A stretch of DNA of 58,541 nucleotides from Alphaproteobacteria bacterium (lineage in GTDB: Bacteria > Pseudomonadota > Alphaproteobacteria > Rhodobacterales > Rhodobacteraceae), in the NCBI GenBank assembly GCA_003697125.1, contig RFGB01000186.1, positions 1-58,541 of the forward strand. The letters run 5' to 3'. Shown in pieces: positions 18,946-29,280 of this stretch (positions within the stretch are counted from its first letter, which is position 1; the number at the start of each line of letters is the position of its first letter). Under the pieces are notes generated by a model. It made no database searches, was not told where the DNA came from, and was given only the letters and a program-made list of their open reading frames with translations. The translations under genes were made by a program, and so were the position numbers.

Positions 18946-20418
18946 ATGCTCAAGGCCCTTTCGCTCGCCGGGGCGCTGGCCCTGGGCCCGGCTGTCGCGG
19001 CCGCGGCCGCCGGCACCGTGTCCATCGGCCTGCAGCAGGAACCCACCGTGCTCGACCCGACCGCGGACGCCACCGCGGCGATCGATACCATCACCGCCCA
19101 CAACATCTTCGAGAGCCTGACCACGGTGAACGAGGCGGGCGAGGTGCTGCCCGATCTGGCCGAGAGCTGGACGGTCAGCGAGGACGGCACCGTCTACACC
19201 TTCACCCTGCGCGAGGGGGTGACCTTCCACGACGGCACCAGCTTCGATTCGGCCGACGTCAAGTTCACCTTCGACCGCGCCATGGCGCCCGACAGCGTGA
19301 ACCCCACCAAGGGGATCTTCGCCCCGATCGTCAGCGTCGAGGCGCCCGACCCGCGCACCGTGGTCATCACGCTCAAGCAGCCCTCGGCCTTCTTCCTGTT
19401 CGACATCGCCCAGGGCGATGCCTCGATCGTCGCCCCCGAGAGTGCCGAGACCAACAAGACCAACCCCATCGGCACCGGGCCCTATCGCTTCGACAGCTGG
19501 ACCCGCGGCGACCGCCTGACGCTGAAGGCCTATCGCGCGCATCGCGACTACACCCCCAAGATGATCGACACGGTGGTGTTCCGCTTCATCGCCGATCCCG
19601 CCGCCGCGGTCGCCGCGCTGATGGCCGAGGAGATCGACGCCTTCCCGGTGATGCCCGCGCCCGAGACGCTGGAGCAGTTCAAGAACGATCCCCGCTTCGT
19701 GGTGGTCGAGGGGACGACCGAGGGCGAGGTGATCCTGGCGCTGAACAATTCGCGCCCGCCCTTCAACGACATCCGCGTGCGCCGGGCGATCAACCACGCG
19801 CTGGACTGCAAGGCGATCATCGAGGGGGCGATGTATGGCTACGGCACCCCGATCGGCTCGTTCTTCCCCCCGCATCACAAGAGCTATGTCGACCTGACCG
19901 GGCTCTATCCCCATGATCCCGAGAAGGCGCGCGCGCTTCTGGCCGCAGCGGGGGCCGAGAATCTCGAGGTCACGCTGGTGCTGCCGCCCTTCCCCTATGC
20001 CCGCCGTTCCGGCGAGATCATCCAGTCCCAGCTGGCGAAGGTCGGGATCAAGGTGAAGATCGAGAATGTCGAATGGGCCTACTGGCTGAACGAGGTCTAC
20101 AAGGCCCGGAACTACGACATGACGATCATCGCCCATACCTCGCCGAACGATCTTGGCAACTTTGCGCGCGGTCCGAATTACTTCTACGGATACGACAATC
20201 CGGAGTTCAACGCGCTGTGGGAACGGATCCGCACCGAATCCGACCCGGCGAAGCTCGACGCACTCCTGAAGGAAGGCCAGCGCTTCGTGGCCGAGGAGGC
20301 GGTGCACGGCTTCCTGTTCCAGCTGCCGCGGCTCGGCGTCTACAAGAAGGGGCTGACCGGCTACTGGAAGTCGGCGCCGGTCCTGTTCGCCCCGCTGAAG
20401 GATCTGCGCTGGAACTGA
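18946..20418 (+). CDS. ABC transporter substrate-binding protein, family 5 (DppA/OppA/NikA-like)
   Basis: 490 aa with signal peptide MLKALSLAGALALGPAVAAAAA and a family-5 SBP body. Confidence 0.9.
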   Translation: MLKALSLAGALALGPAVAAAAAGTVSIGLQQEPTVLDPTADATAAIDTITAHNIFESLTTVNEAGEVLPDLAESWTVSEDGTVYTFTLREGVTFHDGTSFDSADVKFTFDRAMAPDSVNPTKGIFAPIVSVEAPDPRTVVITLKQPSAFFLFDIAQGDASIVAPESAETNKTNPIGTGPYRFDSWTRGDRLTLKAYRAHRDYTPKMIDTVVFRFIADPAAAVAALMAEEIDAFPVMPAPETLEQFKNDPRFVVVEGTTEGEVILALNNSRPPFNDIRVRRAINHALDCKAIIEGAMYGYGTPIGSFFPPHHKSYVDLTGLYPHDPEKARALLAAAGAENLEVTLVLPPFPYARRSGEIIQSQLAKVGIKVKIENVEWAYWLNEVYKARNYDMTIIAHTSPNDLGNFARGPNYFYGYDNPEFNALWERIRTESDPAKLDALLKEGQRFVAEEAVHGFLFQLPRLGVYKKGLTGYWKSAPVLFAPLKDLRWN

Positions 20419-20470
20419 ACGCGGCCGCGGGCGCCCGCGCCGGCGCCCGCGTCACCCCCTGCTGAGCGCG

Positions 20471-21415
20471 ATGGGCCTGTTTCTGCTGCGACGACTCCTG
20501 ACGCTGATCGCGACCCTGGTCGCGGTCAGCATCGTCGTGTTCCTGGTCATGAACGCCCTGCCCGGGGATCCGGCGCTGATCGTGCTGGGCATCGACAGCA
20601 CCCCCGAGGCGCAGGCGGCGCTGCGCGAGAAGATGGGGCTGAACGAGCCGCTGGCGCTGCGCTATCTGCACTGGGCCGGCGCGGCGCTGACCGGCGATTT
20701 CGGGATCAGCCATTCCTTCGATGTCCCGGTCGGGCGGCTGATCGCCGAACGCCTGCCGCTGACGCTGCCGCTGGCGGCGCTGGCGACGGTGGCCACCGTC
20801 ACCACCGCGATCGCGCTGGGCGTCCATGCCGCGGCGCGCCACGGCCGGCTGGCCGACTGGGGGGTGATGGCGCTCAGCCAGCTGGGGATCGCGGTGCCGG
20901 CCTTCTGGCTGGCCATCCTGCTGGTGATCCTGTTCGCGGTCCGGCTGCGCTGGCTGCCGCCGGGCGGCTTTCCCGGCTGGGATGACCCGGTGGCGGCCCT
21001 GCGGGCGCTGGTGCTGCCCACGGTCAGCCTGGCGCTGGTGCAATCGGCGATCCTGGCGCGGGTCACGCGCTCCAGCGTTCTGGAGGTGATGCGCCTCGAC
21101 TATGCCCGCACCGCGCGGGCCAAGGGGCTGAGCCGTTCGGCGATCCTGCGCCGACATGTGCTGCCCAACGCGCTGATCCCGATCGTCACCATCATCGGCA
21201 TGCAGATCGCCAATCTGGTCACCGGCACGATCGTGATCGAGAATGTCTTCTACCTGCCGGGGCTGGGGCGGCTGATCTTCCAGTCGATCGCCAATCGCGA
21301 CATCTTCACCGTGCAGGCGCTGGTGATGCTGTTCGCCGCGGTGGTGGTGGTGACGAATTTCCTGGTCGATGTCGCCTATGCGCTGATCGATCCGCGGCTG
21401 AAGGACCGGGTGTGA
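20471..21415 (+). CDS. ABC transporter permease (DppB-like)
   Basis: 314 aa starting MGLFLLRRLLTLIATLVAVSIVVFL, typical of DppB/OppB permeases. Confidence 0.9.
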   Translation: MGLFLLRRLLTLIATLVAVSIVVFLVMNALPGDPALIVLGIDSTPEAQAALREKMGLNEPLALRYLHWAGAALTGDFGISHSFDVPVGRLIAERLPLTLPLAALATVATVTTAIALGVHAAARHGRLADWGVMALSQLGIAVPAFWLAILLVILFAVRLRWLPPGGFPGWDDPVAALRALVLPTVSLALVQSAILARVTRSSVLEVMRLDYARTARAKGLSRSAILRRHVLPNALIPIVTIIGMQIANLVTGTIVIENVFYLPGLGRLIFQSIANRDIFTVQALVMLFAAVVVVTNFLVDVAYALIDPRLKDRV

Positions 21416-22227
21416 TGCGCTGGAACGCGGTCGTGGGGGGCGCGCTGGTGGGCCTGGTGGCGGGCGTGGCGGCGCTGTCGCTGGTCTGGACACCCCATGA
21501 CCCCGCCGGGATCGACGTCTCGCGCCGGTTCCTGCCCGCCTCGCCGGCGCACTGGCTGGGCACCGACCAGGTCGGGCGCGACGTCGCCTCGATGCTGATG
21601 GCCGGCGCGCAGAGCTCGATCGCCGTGGCGCTGCTCTCGGTGGGCCTGGGGGCGAGCCTCGGCACCGCGCTGGGGCTGCTGGCCGCCGCCCGGGGCGGCT
21701 GGGTCGAGGAGGCGGTGATGCGGCTGTCCGACCTCGCCTTCGCCTTTCCGGCCCTTCTGTTCGCGATCATGCTGGCGGCCGTGTTCGGCCCGTCGCTGAC
21801 CAATGCGGTGCTGGCCATCGCCTTCATCATGGTGCCGATCTTCGCCCGCGTCTCGCGCGCATCGGCCAATGCCGTCTGGGCGCGGGAATTCGTGCAGGCG
21901 GCCATCGCGGCGGGGCGGTCGCGGCTGGGAATCACCATCGACCATGTGCTGCCCAACATCGCCGCGGTGCTGATGGTGCAGGCGACGATCGAATTCGCCG
22001 TCGCCATCCTGGCCGAGGCGGCGCTGAGCTATCTGGGCCTGGGGGTGCAGCCGCCCACCCCCAGCTGGGGGCGGATGCTGTCCGAGGCGCAGACGCTTCT
22101 CTATCTCGCCCCGCAGCTGGCGATATGGCCGGGGCTGTGCATCATGGTGGCGGTGCTTGGATTCAACCTTATGGGCGACGGGCTGCGCGATGCCACCGAT
22201 CCCCGGCTGCGCGGGGTCGGGGCATGA
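21412..22227 (+). CDS. ABC transporter permease (DppC-like)
   Basis: 271-aa membrane protein with a 4-nt overlap to the upstream permease gene. Confidence 0.9.
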   Translation: MMRWNAVVGGALVGLVAGVAALSLVWTPHDPAGIDVSRRFLPASPAHWLGTDQVGRDVASMLMAGAQSSIAVALLSVGLGASLGTALGLLAAARGGWVEEAVMRLSDLAFAFPALLFAIMLAAVFGPSLTNAVLAIAFIMVPIFARVSRASANAVWAREFVQAAIAAGRSRLGITIDHVLPNIAAVLMVQATIEFAVAILAEAALSYLGLGVQPPTPSWGRMLSEAQTLLYLAPQLAIWPGLCIMVAVLGFNLMGDGLRDATDPRLRGVGA

Positions 22228-23183
22228 CGCTGGTCTCGGTGCGCGATCTGACCATCGCCTTCGGCGGGGCGCTGGCGCTCAGGGCGCTGTCCTTCGACCT
22301 GCGCCGCGGCGAGCTTCTGGGCGTCGTCGGGGAATCGGGTTCGGGGAAGACGCTGGCGGCGCTGTCGCTGATGGGCATGGCGCCCGAGGCGGCCCGGGTC
22401 AGCGGCGCGATCAGCTTTGACGGGGAACGGGTGGACACCCTGCCCGAGACCGGCTGGCAGAGCCTGCAGGGGCGGCGCATCGCGATGATCTTCCAGGAGC
22501 CGATGAGCGCGCTGAACCCGCTGCAGCGCATCGGCACCCAGATCACCGAGGCGATGATCTGGCACGAGGGGATTTCCCGCGCCGAGGCCGATGCGCGGGC
22601 GCTGGCCCTGCTGGGCGAGGTGGGGATGCCCGAGCCGCAGGCGCGGCTGCGCATGTATCCGCACCAGCTTTCCGGCGGCCAGCGGCAGCGGGCGCTGATC
22701 GCGATGGCGCTGGCCTGCAATCCCGATCTGGTTCTGGCCGACGAGCCGACCACCGCGCTCGACGCCACCCGCACCGCCCAGGCCCTCGACCTGCTCAGGG
22801 GCCTCGCCCGCGCCCGCGGCATGGCGCTGATCCTGATCTCGCATGACCTCGCGGCGATCGAGCGGGTCGCGGAACGGATGCTGGTGCTCTATGGCGGCGA
22901 TCTGATGGAGGAAGGCCCGGTGGCCGAGATCCTCTCGCGCCCCGCCCATCCCTACACCGCCGGGCTGATCCGGGCGCGCCCGCGCCCGCGCCCCCCCGGC
23001 GTGCCGCGCCGGCCCCTGCCCACCATCCCGGGCAGCGTGCCGGGGCTGGCCGACCTGCCCCGGGGCTGCCGGTTCCACGGCCGCTGCCCGAAGGGCAGGC
23101 CGGTCTGCGCCGAGGGGCGCCCGCCGCTGGTCGACATCGCCCCCGGGCGCCGGGCGGCCTGTCTCTTCCCCGAGCCGGTCTGA
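22224..23183 (+). CDS. ABC transporter ATP-binding protein (DppD-like)
   Basis: MTLVSVRDLTIAFGG..., Walker A GESGSGKT, signature LSGGQRQR, C-terminal oligopeptide-type extension (HPYTAGL). The ATG overlaps the permease stop. Confidence 0.9.
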   Translation: MTLVSVRDLTIAFGGALALRALSFDLRRGELLGVVGESGSGKTLAALSLMGMAPEAARVSGAISFDGERVDTLPETGWQSLQGRRIAMIFQEPMSALNPLQRIGTQITEAMIWHEGISRAEADARALALLGEVGMPEPQARLRMYPHQLSGGQRQRALIAMALACNPDLVLADEPTTALDATRTAQALDLLRGLARARGMALILISHDLAAIERVAERMLVLYGGDLMEEGPVAEILSRPAHPYTAGLIRARPRPRPPGVPRRPLPTIPGSVPGLADLPRGCRFHGRCPKGRPVCAEGRPPLVDIAPGRRAACLFPEPV

Positions 23184-23208
23184 TGCCCCGCTCCGGACGC
23201 CCGCCACG

Positions 23209-23985
23209 ATGACCCGCGCGCTGGACATCGACGGCGCCGTGCGCCGCTATCGCCTGCCCCGGCGCAGCCTGTTCGGGCCGCGCCCGGTGCTGGAGGCGGT
23301 GCGCGGCGTGTCGCTGCATCTCGAGCGGGGCGAGACCCTGGGGGTGGTCGGGGAATCGGGGTCGGGCAAGTCCACCCTGGCGCGGCTGGCCATGGCGCTG
23401 GAGCGGCCCGATGCCGGCAGCGTGCGGATCGCCGGGCATGATCCCTGGGCGATGTCGGCAGGGGAACGCCGCCGCCTGCGCGCGCGCTTCCAGATGGTGT
23501 TCCAGGATCCGATGGGCTCGCTGGACCCGCGGCGGCCGGTCGGCTGGTCGGTGGCCGAACCGCTGCTGGCCCAGGGCATCCCGCGCGCCACCCGCGAAGC
23601 CCGCGCGGCCGCCGCCCTGGCCGCGGTGGGGCTCGCCGGCGCCGGCCCCCGCTATCCCCACGAATTCTCGGGCGGGCAGCGCCAGCGCATCGCCATCGCC
23701 CGCGCCATCGTGCCCGAACCCGACCTGATCGTGGCCGACGAGCCGGTCTCGGCGCTGGATGTCTCGGTGCAGGCGCAGGTGCTGAACCTGCTGATGGAGG
23801 TGCAGGAGCGCACCGGCGCCGCGATGCTGTTCATCAGCCACGACCTCGCCGTCGTCTCGGCGGTCTGCGACCGGGTGATGGTGATGCATCGCGGCCGCGT
23901 CGTGGCCCAGGGCGACACCGCCGCGGTCCTGGCCGACCCGCCCGAACCCTATCGCGACTGGGCGCGCGCCTTCGCGGCGGCCTGA
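23209..23985 (+). CDS. ABC transporter ATP-binding protein (DppF-like)
   Basis: 258 aa with Walker A GESGSGKST and signature FSGGQRQR. Confidence 0.9.
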   Translation: MTRALDIDGAVRRYRLPRRSLFGPRPVLEAVRGVSLHLERGETLGVVGESGSGKSTLARLAMALERPDAGSVRIAGHDPWAMSAGERRRLRARFQMVFQDPMGSLDPRRPVGWSVAEPLLAQGIPRATREARAAAALAAVGLAGAGPRYPHEFSGGQRQRIAIARAIVPEPDLIVADEPVSALDVSVQAQVLNLLMEVQERTGAAMLFISHDLAVVSAVCDRVMVMHRGRVVAQGDTAAVLADPPEPYRDWARAFAAA

Positions 23986-24014
23986 TGGCCGGGGCTGCGG
24001 CAATGCGGCGCTGC

Positions 24015-24059
24015 GCGGGCGGGAGATGCGGCCTTGGCTTGCCGCCCGCCTTCTGTATA
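24015..24059 (+). terminator. Candidate terminator hairpin after the Dpp-type operon
   Basis: 8-bp GC stem GCGGGCGG (24015-22) / CCGCCCGC (24052-59), 30 nt after the stop, followed by CTTCTGTAT. The loop is long and the U-tract weak. Confidence 0.35.
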
Positions 24060-24138
24060 CATGATGCCGCTGGCGGCGGCGCTTCCGGGGTCCCGCACCG
24101 TCCGCCGGGAAGATGACCGAAAGGGAAAGGGAAACGTC

Positions 24139-24882
24139 ATGCTGCGCAACACCTCAGAATCCCCGGGCGTCCTGTTTCCCCGGGATCTCGACTGGCATCC
24201 GCCTGCATACAGCCCGGGATACAAGTCGTCGGTCGCCCGCTCGCCGCGCCTGCCGCTGATGAGCATCCAGCCCACCACCGCCGACCTGACCGGCCCGCGC
24301 TTCGGGCATTCCGAACTCGGCCCCCTCGACAACGACCTGCTCCTGAATTTCTGCCAGCCCGGCGGATCCCCGATCGGCGAACGGATCATCGTGCATGGCC
24401 GGGTGCTGGACGAGACCGGCCGCGGGGTGGCCGGGGTCCTGGTCGAGATGTGGCAGGCGAATGCCGGCGGACGCTACCGCCACCGCAACGACACCTATCT
24501 TGCCCCGATCGACCCCAATTTCGGCGGCTGCGGCCGCACCATCACCGACGATCAGGGCCATTACGTCTTCCGCACGATCCGGCCCGGCCCCTATCCGTGG
24601 GAGAACGGCCCCAATGCCTGGCGGCCCTCGCACATCCATTTCTCGCTGTTCGGGCATGCCTTCGCGCAGCGGCTGATCACCCAGATGTATTTCGAGGGCG
24701 ACCCGCTGATCCCCCATTGCCCGATCGTGGCCACCATTCCCGACAAGGCGGCGGTGGAACGGCTGATCGCGCCGCTCGACCTCAACCATTCGATCCCGCA
24801 CGACCTGCTGGCCTACCGCTTCGACATCGTGCTCAGGGGATCGCGCTCGACCATCTTCGAGAACCGGCTGGAGGGGAACTGA
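24139..24882 (+). CDS. pcaH: Protocatechuate 3,4-dioxygenase beta subunit
   Basis: [10 protein letters not shown]...[30 protein letters not shown]...[12 protein letters not shown] is the intradiol dioxygenase PcaH pattern. The ATG is preceded by GGGAAAGGGAAA. Confidence 0.9.
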   Translation: MLRNTSESPGVLFPRDLDWHPPAYSPGYKSSVARSPRLPLMSIQPTTADLTGPRFGHSELGPLDNDLLLNFCQPGGSPIGERIIVHGRVLDETGRGVAGVLVEMWQANAGGRYRHRNDTYLAPIDPNFGGCGRTITDDQGHYVFRTIRPGPYPWENGPNAWRPSHIHFSLFGHAFAQRLITQMYFEGDPLIPHCPIVATIPDKAAVERLIAPLDLNHSIPHDLLAYRFDIVLRGSRSTIFENRLEGN

Positions 24883-25469
24883 TGGCCCAGAAGCTCGACT
24901 ATCTGAAGGAAACCCCCTCGCAGACCGCGGGCCCCTATGTCCATATCGGGCTGGTGCCGCGGCAGGCGGGTTTCGAGATCTACGACAACAATTTCGGCAA
25001 TGTCATCCCCGGCAAGGGCGAACGCATCCGCATCCGCGGCCGCGTGATCGACGGCACCGGCGCGCCGCTCAATGACGTGCTGGTCGAGACCTGGCAGGCC
25101 GACGCGTCGGGCAGCTTCACCAATCCCGAATTCCGCGGCTGGGCCCGGGCGGGTTCCGATTTCGAGACCGGCGAATGGGTGATCGAGACGGTCCGCCCCG
25201 GCGCCGCGCCCAACCGCGACGGGGCCACCCTGGCCCCGCAGATCCTGTTCTGGATCGTTGCGCGCGGCATCAATATCGGGCTGAACACCCGGATGTATTT
25301 CCCCGAGGATGCCGCGGCCAACGCCGCCGATCCGGTGTTCCGCAAGGTGCCGCCGCACCGGCGCGAGACCCTGCTTGCCCAGCCGGGGGACCGGGTCGAC
25401 GGCGTGCAGGAATACCGCTTCGACATCCACCTTCAGGGCGCGCGCGAGACGGTGTTCTTCGACGTCTGA
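24882..25469 (+). CDS. pcaG: Protocatechuate 3,4-dioxygenase alpha subunit
   Basis: [24 protein letters not shown]...RIRGRVIDGTGAPLNDVLVETWQAD. The ATG shares one base with the pcaH TGA. Confidence 0.9.
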   Translation: MAQKLDYLKETPSQTAGPYVHIGLVPRQAGFEIYDNNFGNVIPGKGERIRIRGRVIDGTGAPLNDVLVETWQADASGSFTNPEFRGWARAGSDFETGEWVIETVRPGAAPNRDGATLAPQILFWIVARGINIGLNTRMYFPEDAAANAADPVFRKVPPHRRETLLAQPGDRVDGVQEYRFDIHLQGARETVFFDV

Positions 25470-25483
25470 CGCCCGGGGCGCGG

Positions 25484-25510
25484 GGCCCCGCCGCGGCGGG
25501 CGGCGGGGCC
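25484..25510. terminator. GC-rich hairpin between convergent pcaG and the OYE gene
   Basis: GGCCCCGCC (25484-92) pairs with GGCGGGGCC (25502-10) across a 9-nt loop. There is no U-tract on either side, so function is uncertain. Confidence 0.25.
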
Positions 25511-25526
25511 GGCGCGGGGCGCCGGA

Positions 25527-26741
25527 TCAGCCCATCCAGCCGGGGCGGCGGCGCCTGGTCACATCGGGATCCCAGTCGGGCACCCGGCGGTCCTGGGGAT
25601 AGCAGATCGACAGGTCCACCGGCGGCTGGATGACATAGCGGCGGTCGAAGGGAATCCAGTCATAGGCCATTCCCGACCGGATGATGTGCGGCCAGTCGGG
25701 ATGCGCGAAGAGCGGCCGGCCCACCGCCACCACGTCGCCGGAGCCGGTTTCGAACACCCGTTCGGCATCGGCGCCGTCGGTGATCCCGCCATTGACGATC
25801 ACCGGCTTGCCCGACGCCTCGGCCAGAACCTTCGGCATCGGCAGATCGGAATCCGGGTCGCGATTGTCGGCCCAGTCGAAGCTGGCCCAGTGCAGCGCGT
25901 CGGCGGCGCAGTCGGCCAGCGCGGCGCCGATCTGGCGGGCATAGGCGACGCCGCCGGGCCACGCGCCGGTGAAGTCGTCCACCCCGTCCTGCGACAGGCG
26001 CAGGGTGATCAGCCGGTCGGGCCCGATCGCCTCGCGCACGCGCTGGCAGACCAGCCTGGCGAAGCGGACATTGTTCTCGGCCGAGCCGCCGAACTCGTCG
26101 CTGCGCAGATTGGTGCGCGGGTTGATGAACTGCCACAGCAGATAGCCATTGGCCCCGTGGATCTCGACCCCGTCGAAACCCGCCTCGACCGCGCGCGCCG
26201 CCCCTTCGGCAAAGCCGTCGGCGATGCGGTGGATCTCGGCGACGGTCAGCGCGCGGGCCCTGGGGAAGGTGACCTTCGGCCAGGGGGGGGCGAGGCCGCG
26301 GTCATGCATCTCCTTGTCGGTGTCGGTATAGAGCACCCATCCCGGGGACTGGGTGTCCGAGGCCGAGACCGGGGCCTCGCCCTCGTGAAGGCAGCGCGGA
26401 TCCGCGACCCGCCCGGCATGCATCAGCTGCATGATGATCGGCACGCCCAGCGCGTGAACCGCCTCGGCCACCTTCCGCCAGCCCGCCACATGGCGCGCGG
26501 TGGCGATGCCGGGCTGCGACAGATAGCCGACACAGCCCAGCTCGTCGTTCTGGAACGTCCCCTCGGTGATGATCAGGCCGACGCCGCCCCGGGCGCGGCG
26601 GGCGTAATAGGCCGCCATCTCGTCGGTGGGCGTCCCGTCCGGCTCGGCATTCTGCCGGGTCAGCGGCGCCATCGAGATCCGGTTCTTCAGCGCGAGCGGT
26701 CCCAGCCGGCATTCCGAGAAGGTCCGTTCCAGCATCGGCAT
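25527..26741 (-). CDS. NADH:flavin oxidoreductase (Old Yellow Enzyme family)
   Basis: LKNRISMAPLTR...GVGLIITEGT...IIMQLMHAGR...HGANGYLLWQF are OYE motifs. The ATG at 26741 shares one base with the upstream TGA (TGATG). A C-terminal extension of ~35 aa is present. Confidence 0.88.
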   Translation of the reverse strand: MPMLERTFSECRLGPLALKNRISMAPLTRQNAEPDGTPTDEMAAYYARRARGGVGLIITEGTFQNDELGCVGYLSQPGIATARHVAGWRKVAEAVHALGVPIIMQLMHAGRVADPRCLHEGEAPVSASDTQSPGWVLYTDTDKEMHDRGLAPPWPKVTFPRARALTVAEIHRIADGFAEGAARAVEAGFDGVEIHGANGYLLWQFINPRTNLRSDEFGGSAENNVRFARLVCQRVREAIGPDRLITLRLSQDGVDDFTGAWPGGVAYARQIGAALADCAADALHWASFDWADNRDPDSDLPMPKVLAEASGKPVIVNGGITDGADAERVFETGSGDVVAVGRPLFAHPDWPHIIRSGMAYDWIPFDRRYVIQPPVDLSICYPQDRRVPDWDPDVTRRRRPGWMG

Positions 26742-27442
26742 CACTCCGTGTTGCGGCGGTTGACGGTGTCCAGATACTCAACACAGGTGTCGACGCTCTC
26801 CACATCGGCGAACTTGGCGTCGATGTCATACAGGTTCCATGCCACCGCGCCCGGCACGCGGTCGCCGATCGCCTCGCGCACCGCGATGGGGCGGAACCCC
26901 TCGGCCAGGCCGTCGCAGATCGTGGTGCGCACGCAGGCGGTGGCGGTGACGCCGGTCACGAGGATCGTGTCCACCCCGATCGAGCGCAGATAGCCCGCGA
27001 GCGGCGTGCCCGAGAAGCTGGAGGCGCGCTTCTTCAGCATCACCCATTCGCCCTCGACCGGCGCGATGCGCTCGTCGATGGCCCACAGATGCTCGTCCTT
27101 CAGATCCACCGCCTCGACCGGGATCTTGTGGTGCCACAGCCCCATGTCGGTATGGGGGTTCGACCGATCGGTAATCTGATAGGCGGTGGTGACATGCACC
27201 ACCGGATGGCCGTTGCGCCGGCAGGCATCCAGCAGCCTGCGCATCGCGGGGATGATGCGGTCGTCGATCTCCTCGCAGGTGAAGGGGTTCCCCGGCCGGG
27301 TCCAGGCATTGGCCAGATCGACCGAGATCAGCGCCGGGCGCCTGCCGAAGCCGATGCGCCGCGCGAATCCCCGTTCGCGATAGATGCGGGTGCTTTCCTC
27401 GAAGGCCTGCCGCAGGACGGAGTCCAGGTTCTCGATCGCCAT
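26741..27442 (-). CDS. Isochorismatase-family cysteine hydrolase, N-carbamoylsarcosine-amidase-like
   Basis: MAIENLDS...YRERGFARRIGFGRRPALISVDLANAW (Asp), MLKKRASSF (Lys), VTGVTATACVRTT (Cys), GDRVPGAVAWNLYDIDAKFADVES. From memory this closely resembles Arthrobacter N-carbamoylsarcosine amidase. An AGGAGG RBS is present. Confidence 0.8.
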   Translation of the reverse strand: MAIENLDSVLRQAFEESTRIYRERGFARRIGFGRRPALISVDLANAWTRPGNPFTCEEIDDRIIPAMRRLLDACRRNGHPVVHVTTAYQITDRSNPHTDMGLWHHKIPVEAVDLKDEHLWAIDERIAPVEGEWVMLKKRASSFSGTPLAGYLRSIGVDTILVTGVTATACVRTTICDGLAEGFRPIAVREAIGDRVPGAVAWNLYDIDAKFADVESVDTCVEYLDTVNRRNTE

Positions 27443-27500
27443 GGAGTTTCCTCCTGATGAAGCGACGCCCCCGGCGGGGTGCCGGGGGCGGGCCGGATGC

Positions 27501-29270
27501 TCAGCCCCTGAGCTCGGCGCGCAATTTCTCGGTGGCGGGAAGATCCAGCGCCCAGTCATAGCCGTTGTCGGCCGGCTTCAGCACCACGCCGTAATCGTCG
27601 CGGGCATGTTCGGGGCGGATGAAGCCGTCCAGCACGTCGTCAAGCACCTTCTGCGGGTCGCGTTCCAGCGGATCGCCATAGCCCCCGCCCGAGGGCGAGA
27701 AATAGCTGACCACATCGCCGATCTCGGTCCTGAGGCCCGAGAACTTGGCATGCGCCTGGCGCGTCTCGCCGGTGTGGATGTTGTGGATCTCCAGCTTGCC
27801 GACCGCACCTTCCTTGCCGCCGAAGATGCCCCATGGCGGATCGAGGTGGCGGTCGCTCTCATGGGTCATGAAGCCGGGGGTCAGGTAGCGCTGCGACTTC
27901 ACCACGCCGCAGCCGCCGCGGAACTTGCCGGCGCCGGGGGGCACGTCGTCGCGCACCTCGTAGCGGTCGCAGATCAGCGGCAGATGCATCCCCAGATCCT
28001 CGAGCGGGTTGTTGCGCGTGTTGCGCATCAGCTCCTCGATGGTGTCGGGCCCGTCCGAGAAGGGCCGGCCGCCCATCGCCGCCTCGTTCACCTCGAGGAA
28101 CACCCAGTAGTCGCCATTGGGCCGCACCCCCGAATAGGCGGCGAAGGACAGGGTGGCGGCGTTGCCCGCGGTGCATTTGTCGGGCAGGACCGGGGCCAGC
28201 GCCTTGATCACCAGATCCGACATGCGCTGGATCTGGCAGAACCGCGCCTCGGCCGCCTGGGGCGGGATCGGGTTGAAGATGCAGCCCTCGGGCGCGGTCA
28301 CCTTGATCGGGCGGAAGGACCCCTCGTTCTGGGGGATGTAGTCGCTGTGGGTGTAGGTATCGAGCAGGAGCGCGCGGAACACGAAATAGGCCGCGACCTT
28401 GGTCGATCCCTCGAAGGGCACGTTGAAGGCGGTGGGCACCTGGGGCGAGGATCCGGTCAGGTCCACCTCGACCGAATCGCCGCGCACCCTGACGCAGACC
28501 TTCACCGGCAGGGTCTTGCCGCGGTTGCGCCCGTCATCGTCGAGGAAGCCCTCGGCGTGATAGTCCCCGTCTGGGATCGCGGCGATGGCGTTGCGCATCA
28601 TCCGCTCGGTATAGTCCATCAGCTGCCGGGTGGCCTGGATCACCGTGTCCTTGCCATAGGCCGCCATCAGTTCCTGGAACCGGCGCACGCCCAGCTCGGC
28701 CGAGGCGATCTGCGCCTCGAGGTCACCCATCACCAGCTGCGGCACCCGGGTGTTGTCGCGGATGTATTTCCACAGCCATTCGTTGCGCTTGCCCGCCTCG
28801 TAGAGCTTGACGCCGTCGAACAGCATCCCCTCGGCCCAGACATCGGGCACGTCGATGATCAGCCCCGGGGTGGCGGCGCCGATGTCGACGTGATGGGCGG
28901 TATTGGCCGAGAAGCCCACCAGCTCGTCCTCGAAGAACACCGGCATGACGATGGCGATGTCGGGGCTGTGGCTGGCCCCGCTGTAGGGATGGTTGTGGAT
29001 CACGCAGTCGCCCGGCTTCCAGCCCGACAGCGGGATCGTCTTCTCGATGCCCCGCAGATAGCCGGGCAGCGAGCCGATATGCATCGGGGTCGAATCACTC
29101 TCGCACAGCGTGTTGAAGCTGGTGTCGAACAGTCCCGCGCCCAGGTCCTGGCTTTCACGGATGATCGAGGAATAGGACATGCGGTAGAGCACGTTGCCCA
29201 TCTGTTCGGCGATCGAGTGCAGCGCGCCGCCGATGACCTGCAGCGTGATCGGATCGAGTTCCCTGGTCAT
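27501..29270 (-). CDS. hyuB: Hydantoinase B / oxoprolinase family subunit (N-methylhydantoinase B-like)
   Basis: MTRELDPITLQVIGGALHSIAEQMGNVLYRMSYSSIIRESQDLGAGLFD is the Hydantoinase_B N-terminus. The ATG at 29270 follows GGAGGA. Confidence 0.9.
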   Translation of the reverse strand: MTRELDPITLQVIGGALHSIAEQMGNVLYRMSYSSIIRESQDLGAGLFDTSFNTLCESDSTPMHIGSLPGYLRGIEKTIPLSGWKPGDCVIHNHPYSGASHSPDIAIVMPVFFEDELVGFSANTAHHVDIGAATPGLIIDVPDVWAEGMLFDGVKLYEAGKRNEWLWKYIRDNTRVPQLVMGDLEAQIASAELGVRRFQELMAAYGKDTVIQATRQLMDYTERMMRNAIAAIPDGDYHAEGFLDDDGRNRGKTLPVKVCVRVRGDSVEVDLTGSSPQVPTAFNVPFEGSTKVAAYFVFRALLLDTYTHSDYIPQNEGSFRPIKVTAPEGCIFNPIPPQAAEARFCQIQRMSDLVIKALAPVLPDKCTAGNAATLSFAAYSGVRPNGDYWVFLEVNEAAMGGRPFSDGPDTIEELMRNTRNNPLEDLGMHLPLICDRYEVRDDVPPGAGKFRGGCGVVKSQRYLTPGFMTHESDRHLDPPWGIFGGKEGAVGKLEIHNIHTGETRQAHAKFSGLRTEIGDVVSYFSPSGGGYGDPLERDPQKVLDDVLDGFIRPEHARDDYGVVLKPADNGYDWALDLPATEKLRAELRG

Positions 29271-29280
29271 GGCGTCCTCC

